Shown here piece by piece: positions 59,252 to 64,000 of a stretch of DNA of 64,000 nt. Each line of letters starts with the position of its first letter. Positions within the stretch are counted from its first letter, which is position 1. Source of the DNA: Candidatus Latescibacterota bacterium (lineage in GTDB: Bacteria > Latescibacterota > UBA2968 > UBA8231). The notes below the pieces were generated by a model. It was not told the origin of the DNA and did not search any database. It worked only from the letters and a program-made list of their open reading frames with translations. The DNA lies in the NCBI GenBank assembly GCA_965203355.1, contig OZ241889.1, positions 2,432,001 to 2,496,000 on the forward strand, given 5' to 3'. The translations under genes and the position numbers were made by a program.

Positions 59252-62200
59252 ATGATACATGCGAAGTTGTCCGTGCCGCGCTTGGCTTTTGTGCCTTTTT
59301 TGCTGGCGGCCATTTTGGTGTTTGGCTGGGCCGGGGAGGCTGCGGCTCAGACCGAGAACATCGACATATCTGTTGATCGGCGTTCCGTCCGCGAGGATGG
59401 AGGGGCGCAAGATATTATGATAACAGCCGAATTACGCGACGCTGACGCGAAGGCAAAGGTCGATCTTTATCTTCCGCTGAGTCTCGTCGGTGTCACGTCC
59501 CGCTATCTCAACGATTTATTCACCATATCCTTTCCCTCTTTGGTGATTAAGAAGGGCGAGCGCAAGGCGACCGGGACGATCACCATAAACCCGACAAACA
59601 ATAATCGGATTGGAATTAACGCGGCCAACGCTTCGGCGGATGTTGATACTCTGACCATAACGGGTACGGTCGATACGGCTAAGGTTAAAATGCGGGTTAA
59701 TCTTCCTATCGTGATTGACGTGGGCGGTACCACTGGAACCATCTTCGAGAAAGGCAAAACCGCCGCGTCCTATACTGAGAAAGAGACTGGTGTTACGGGC
59801 GTCTTCTATATTGAGCTGATTGACGACGATGTGTTCGTCCCCAATATCGATCTCTCTGCTTCGCCGGCCAAACTCAGCAAGCAGGCGGATGCGACTCCGA
59901 TTGAAGTGACGGCGCTGTTGAAGGGCGGCTCGTTGGCGAGCCACGACCTTAAATCCCAATTGGTTGTTTCTTCTGGCAGTGACTTCTTGACGCGCGATGT
60001 GGATTACTCGCTGAGGGGTTTGGGTTCTCTGACCATTCCAAAGCGGAGGATCGACGCGACGACTACGTTCACCCTGGATCCGAATAATAAGGATGGCACG
60101 ATCGAGCTGAGATCCAGTCCCGATACGCTGAAGGTGGTTTTCAAGAAACGGGTGAACAGCGCGGGTAAGCAGGTTCGGTTCGACTTAAGGCATGAAGGGA
60201 CCTTAAATGGAGATAATTATGTGCATTCGACAAAAGACGATGTCAAGCTTAACGAATACATTAATAACACCAATGCTACCATCGGCATTGACTTCAACGG
60301 CGATGGGGATATTGGAACAGAGGCTAATACTATTGAGGGGACTAAGATATTTGGGAGAAAATTCGTCGCATGGGCGAATGAAGACTTTAGCACCTCCGAC
60401 AAAATCCCGGCGGGGACCGTCTTGGTAGAAGCAGACTTGGGGATCGACTTTTTCGAGGATGACGATTTGTTGGATACCTATGTGGTGCCCGCCGGAAAAG
60501 TGCTAACGGAAGCAAGTCACGCCTTACTTGATGTAGGGGCCAAGACTGTCACCGGCCATGACCCTGTTCTCAAACTCCGTATTGACTTTAACGGCGATGG
60601 GCAATTCACTGACAGTGCCTTCGCCGATGGGACAGTGATAAAGCATGTGGACTCTTTTGTCATTCCTGTTGTGGTCAATCCGGGCACCATCACGGTCGAG
60701 GACGTTGCAGTCGCGACGATCAAGAATTTTACGCTGAGTCCGAAGACGATCCGCGAGGCCGCCGGCGCGACCGACGTTACGATGACGGTTGAATTGGCGA
60801 AAGCCTTGACCGGCGCGAAGGCGGTGGACTTTCAGATTACGGCGGGTCAGGGGACGCGCGATGTGCATTACGAAGTCGAGGTGATTGAGGGGCTGACGAT
60901 CCCGGTCGGCGATACGAAAGGCACGGCGACGTTGCGCGTCACGCCGGTGGACAACAGCGGTGTGAATGATGCGCGGACGTTCACGGTAAAAGCGAAGGTC
61001 GGCGACGAAGAGGATCAGACGAAGGATCAGACGTTCACGATCACGGACGATGAGACGTTGAGCGATGACATCACGCTGTCGGTCAGCCCGAGCGAAATCA
61101 AAGAGGACGCCGGGGCGACGACGGTCACGGTGACCGGCACGTTAGATGGCAAAGTGCTCGACGCGGATGCGACGATGACGTTGGTCGTGGATGGTACGCC
61201 GGACAAGTCGGCGACGCGGGACGCGGATTATACGGCGGTGCTTAGCTCGCTGACGATTCCACGCGGCGAGATCACCGGCTCGACGACGATCACGGTCACG
61301 CCCGTCAACGACGGGAAAGACGACAACGACGAGACGATCACGATCAAGCAGTTGACGGACAATCTCAAGAACCAAGACGACGACAAGATCAAGGTCGGCA
61401 CCACGAAGATCACGCTGAAAGACGCGGCGAAGATGGATGATTCTTCGGATACGCCGGCGGACACGGGCCGACCGAGTTTCGGCACTGGTGCGTTAGCCTT
61501 TGAAGCGACGGTGGGGCAGGCGTTCAGCGAGGTGTTGCCCGCGGCGACGGGCGGCCAAGGAACGCTGCGGTACCGGGTCTCGTCGGACCTGCCGATAGGT
61601 CTGTCGTTTGACACGGCGACGCGGACGCTTTCGGGCACGCCGACGCTGGCGGGCATGTCCTCGGTTATCTATGTGGCACTCGATAGCGATGGCGACAGCG
61701 GCGCAAAGACCTTCACCATAACGGTCAGCGAGGCCCCGCCGGTGACCGTGGGCGTCGCCAGCGTAATGGCTTCGCAATCGGCCGTGCGCGAAAACGGCGA
61801 CACGGCGGAAATCCGAGTTACGGCGACTCTGTCGGAGGCGGCCCCGGCGCCCGAGACGGTCCGTTTCACGATTGTGCCGCCGGCCAGCGGCGCGATGGCC
61901 ACCCGCGACGTGGATTACACGGCGGCGTTGGTGGGGACGATCACCATTGCGGCCGGGGAAAAGGTCGGTTCGACGACGCTTTTCCTGTCGCCGATTGACA
62001 ATGCTTCGGCGGACGGTCATAAGCACTTGGGTGTTCGGGCGGTGTCTTCGGGCGGTTGGGGGCAGGTGGACTTGCGGATTTCCGACGACGAGACCGCCAG
62101 CACGTCTTTGGTGGTGTCGGTAATGCCGAGCGCGATCCCCGAGTCGGCGGAATTGACGGAAGTGATGGTCATGGCCGCGCTGGACGGCAAGCCGTTGGCC

Positions 62201-64000
62201 GAGGCCGCCACCGCCATCATCTCGATTGATGAGGTGGCTTCGAGTGCCACCCGCGACACGGACTACTCGGCCCTGTTCGATCCGACGATTACCATTGCCG
62301 CCGGTTCGATTATGGGTTCGACACGCCTGTTGATCGATCCAGTTGCGGACGGCATGGCCGAAGGCGACGAGACGGTTGTACTCAACGCGATGCTGCCGGG
62401 CTTGACGGCGGGTTCGGCGACACTGGTGCTGACGGAAGCGGCCGGCGGCATGATGGACGATAAGGAGATGATGATCCCCTTGTCTTTCGTCGAGGGCACT
62501 TCGATCGACGCACATGCCTATACGGCGGGCACGGCGATTACGCCGTTGGTCCTGCCGGTGGCGTTGGGCGGCGAAGGCACCATCACGTATAGCGTGTCAG
62601 GTTTGCCAGCCGGGCTGTCGTTTGACGCGGCGACCCGGACGATTTCCGGGACACCGGAAGCGGCTACCGATGGGGCCGTTGAAGTCACCTACACGGCGAT
62701 GGCTGGCGCCGAAAGCGTCTCGCTGACGTTCACGATTACCATCAACGCGATGCTGGACTTTGGCGACCTGAGCACGTTGTTCGGCGGCGGTGGCGGTGCT
62801 GGCAAAGCCAATCCAGCGGATTCGCACACCGACAACATGATTCAATTCACCATTAACGTGCCAGCAAACCTGACGCTGCCGGCGGTCTCCGGGGGCACCC
62901 CGCCGCTGACGTATAGCGTGTCGGGTCTGCCAGCGGGACTGTCATTTGACGCGGCCACCCGGACGATTTCGGGCACGCCGACGACGATGGGCGAGACGGT
63001 CGCGACCTACACGGTCATGGATGCCAGCGGCGCGAGTCAGTCGCTGCCGTTGAGCATGGCGGTGGTGGAGCCGCCGCTGTCGGTGCCGACAAACCTGGTC
63101 GCCGAAGACTACAAAGGTGCGGACGGCCAAGGCGACCAAGGCGGTTTCGTGATGCTGTCTTGGGAGTTGTCGGCCGATCATAAGTCGCTGGACGGCTATC
63201 GCATTTTCCGCGCGTTGCCGGTGCTGGAAAATGAGATGGTGCCGTGGGCGCGGGTGGATGCCGTGCCCGGGGTGGCGATGGGTCGCGCCATCGTGGCGAC
63301 GCTGGACAATGTCTCGACGCGCTGGGGCATTGCCGCCGAGCGCGGGGGTCGCACCACGCACGAGATGGCCAAAGCCGTGTTCGTCGAGGCGGGTGATTTG
63401 ACGCAGCCTTACGCGCAGATGGCGAAGACACTGCAAGCCAGCCGCGCCGCCGCGCAGGGCGGTGAGGGTCCGGTGCTGGCGTCGTTGCTGCCGGAAGCAT
63501 TGGCTTACGCTCGCGGCGTGGCGCCGAAGCTAAATGTCGTCAGTAGTGTGCTGAGTTCGTCGATTACTTGGACGGCCGAGGCTGTGCGGGCGACTGACGA
63601 CATCGCGCCGTTGGCTGTGTCGGCACTACAGGTGTTGGATGCGCCCGACGATCAAGGCGGTCGCATCGCGCTGACGTGGACGCTGTCGCCGTCGGATCAG
63701 GTGCTGCAAGGGGTTGTGGCTGGCGCGTTAGGCCCGGCACCGGTCGAGCCGATCGTCGGCGTACATGGCTACCGCATCTATCGCCGGGCGGTCGGGGAAG
63801 AAGCGTTTTCCGTGGTCGCCGAGGTGGCGTCCGGGGTCGCGTCCTTCGTCGATGAGACGGCGCAGCATGGCGTGCATTACACCTATCAGGTGCGGCCCTT
63901 TGATGGGGACAACGAGACCGGTTCGGTTGAGCATACCGCGCTGGCCGTGCGCAACCAGGTGACTGATAGTCAAGGGCAGGCTCTGTTGGGGTTGTTCGGC
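59252..64000 (+). CDS. Giant secreted adhesin-like protein with Calx-beta-like, He_PIG (putative Ig) and Fn3-like domains; 3' truncated
   Basis: SD AGGAGGT, signal peptide MIHAKLS...GEAAA|Q, frame open to the window end (1583 codons); repeated ATRDxDY...TI...DDE and YSVSGLPAGLSFDAATRTISGTP units; GYRIYRR / YTYQVRP. Confidence 0.93.
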   Translation, partial: MIHAKLSVPRLAFVPFLLAAILVFGWAGEAAAQTENIDISVDRRSVREDGGAQDIMITAELRDADAKAKVDLYLPLSLVGVTSRYLNDLFTISFPSLVIKKGERKATGTITINPTNNNRIGINAANASADVDTLTITGTVDTAKVKMRVNLPIVIDVGGTTGTIFEKGKTAASYTEKETGVTGVFYIELIDDDVFVPNIDLSASPAKLSKQADATPIEVTALLKGGSLASHDLKSQLVVSSGSDFLTRDVDYSLRGLGSLTIPKRRIDATTTFTLDPNNKDGTIELRSSPDTLKVVFKKRVNSAGKQVRFDLRHEGTLNGDNYVHSTKDDVKLNEYINNTNATIGIDFNGDGDIGTEANTIEGTKIFGRKFVAWANEDFSTSDKIPAGTVLVEADLGIDFFEDDDLLDTYVVPAGKVLTEASHALLDVGAKTVTGHDPVLKLRIDFNGDGQFTDSAFADGTVIKHVDSFVIPVVVNPGTITVEDVAVATIKNFTLSPKTIREAAGATDVTMTVELAKALTGAKAVDFQITAGQGTRDVHYEVEVIEGLTIPVGDTKGTATLRVTPVDNSGVNDARTFTVKAKVGDEEDQTKDQTFTITDDETLSDDITLSVSPSEIKEDAGATTVTVTGTLDGKVLDADATMTLVVDGTPDKSATRDADYTAVLSSLTIPRGEITGSTTITVTPVNDGKDDNDETITIKQLTDNLKNQDDDKIKVGTTKITLKDAAKMDDSSDTPADTGRPSFGTGALAFEATVGQAFSEVLPAATGGQGTLRYRVSSDLPIGLSFDTATRTLSGTPTLAGMSSVIYVALDSDGDSGAKTFTITVSEAPPVTVGVASVMASQSAVRENGDTAEIRVTATLSEAAPAPETVRFTIVPPASGAMATRDVDYTAALVGTITIAAGEKVGSTTLFLSPIDNASADGHKHLGVRAVSSGGWGQVDLRISDDETASTSLVVSVMPSAIPESAELTEVMVMAALDGKPLAEAATAIISIDEVASSATRDTDYSALFDPTITIAAGSIMGSTRLLIDPVADGMAEGDETVVLNAMLPGLTAGSATLVLTEAAGGMMDDKEMMIPLSFVEGTSIDAHAYTAGTAITPLVLPVALGGEGTITYSVSGLPAGLSFDAATRTISGTPEAATDGAVEVTYTAMAGAESVSLTFTITINAMLDFGDLSTLFGGGGGAGKANPADSHTDNMIQFTINVPANLTLPAVSGGTPPLTYSVSGLPAGLSFDAATRTISGTPTTMGETVATYTVMDASGASQSLPLSMAVVEPPLSVPTNLVAEDYKGADGQGDQGGFVMLSWELSADHKSLDGYRIFRALPVLENEMVPWARVDAVPGVAMGRAIVATLDNVSTRWGIAAERGGRTTHEMAKAVFVEAGDLTQPYAQMAKTLQASRAAAQGGEGPVLASLLPEALAYARGVAPKLNVVSSVLSSSITWTAEAVRATDDIAPLAVSALQVLDAPDDQGGRIALTWTLSPSDQVLQGVVAGALGPAPVEPIVGVHGYRIYRRAVGEEAFSVVAEVASGVASFVDETAQHGVHYTYQVRPFDGDNETGSVEHTALAVRNQVTDSQGQALLGLFG
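62585..62980 (+). repeat. Two near-identical ~70-bp He_PIG coding repeats
   Basis: ACGTATAGCGTGTC..GACGCGGC.ACCCGGACGATTTC.GG at ~62585 and ~62909; a more divergent copy lies at ~61570-61640. Confidence 0.8.

Noticed and set aside
61493-62515. 340-aa minus-strand ORF and other small ORFs in 59500-64000
   Set aside because: Antisense or alternate-frame shadows of the giant plus-strand adhesin gene
1-64000. tRNA, rRNA, CRISPR arrays and IS elements
   Set aside because: No cloverleaf or T-loop signatures, regularly spaced repeats, transposase motifs or terminal inverted repeats seen by eye; tRNAscan-SE and cmscan would be needed to exclude them formally

Overview
GC-rich bacterial chromosomal segment made up mostly of housekeeping genes. 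The gene order rplM-rpsI-rpsB-tsf, hrcA-grpE-dnaJ and a C-terminal 'SWGRIK' protein motif suggest an FCB-superphylum organism such as Latescibacterota or Gemmatimonadota; this is inference only. Core genes: partial UDG, dnaB, obgE, thrB, HU/IHF, speD, cobA-hemD, hemC, glnA, hrcA-grpE-dnaJ-mrp-prmA-aroQ, an rnhB-yraN fusion, pyrC, queA, ispDF and rplM-rpsI-rpsB-tsf-frr. Also present: an MbnP/MbnH pair, a sigma54 two-component system, a MacAB-like exporter, several lower-GC accessory genes and a decayed AIR-synthase-family pseudogene. The accessory genes are a PIN toxin with an antitoxin/Abi-alpha-like fusion, MscS, a TolB-like protein, SIMPL and DUF3944. The window ends inside a >1580-aa secreted Ig/Calx-beta/Fn3 adhesin-like gene (59252..>64000) that is missing from the ORF track. 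The most interesting signal is the ~590-nt leader of that gene. It has a perfect sigma70 promoter and a leader ORF crossing a C13 tract. Only one frame after the tract reads through a C-rich, terminator-like region, and it stops 3 nt before the adhesin start codon, which suggests a phase-variable or frameshift-controlled attenuator. I recognised no rRNA, tRNA, CRISPR array, integrase or transposase. All family assignments come from motif recognition, not database searches.
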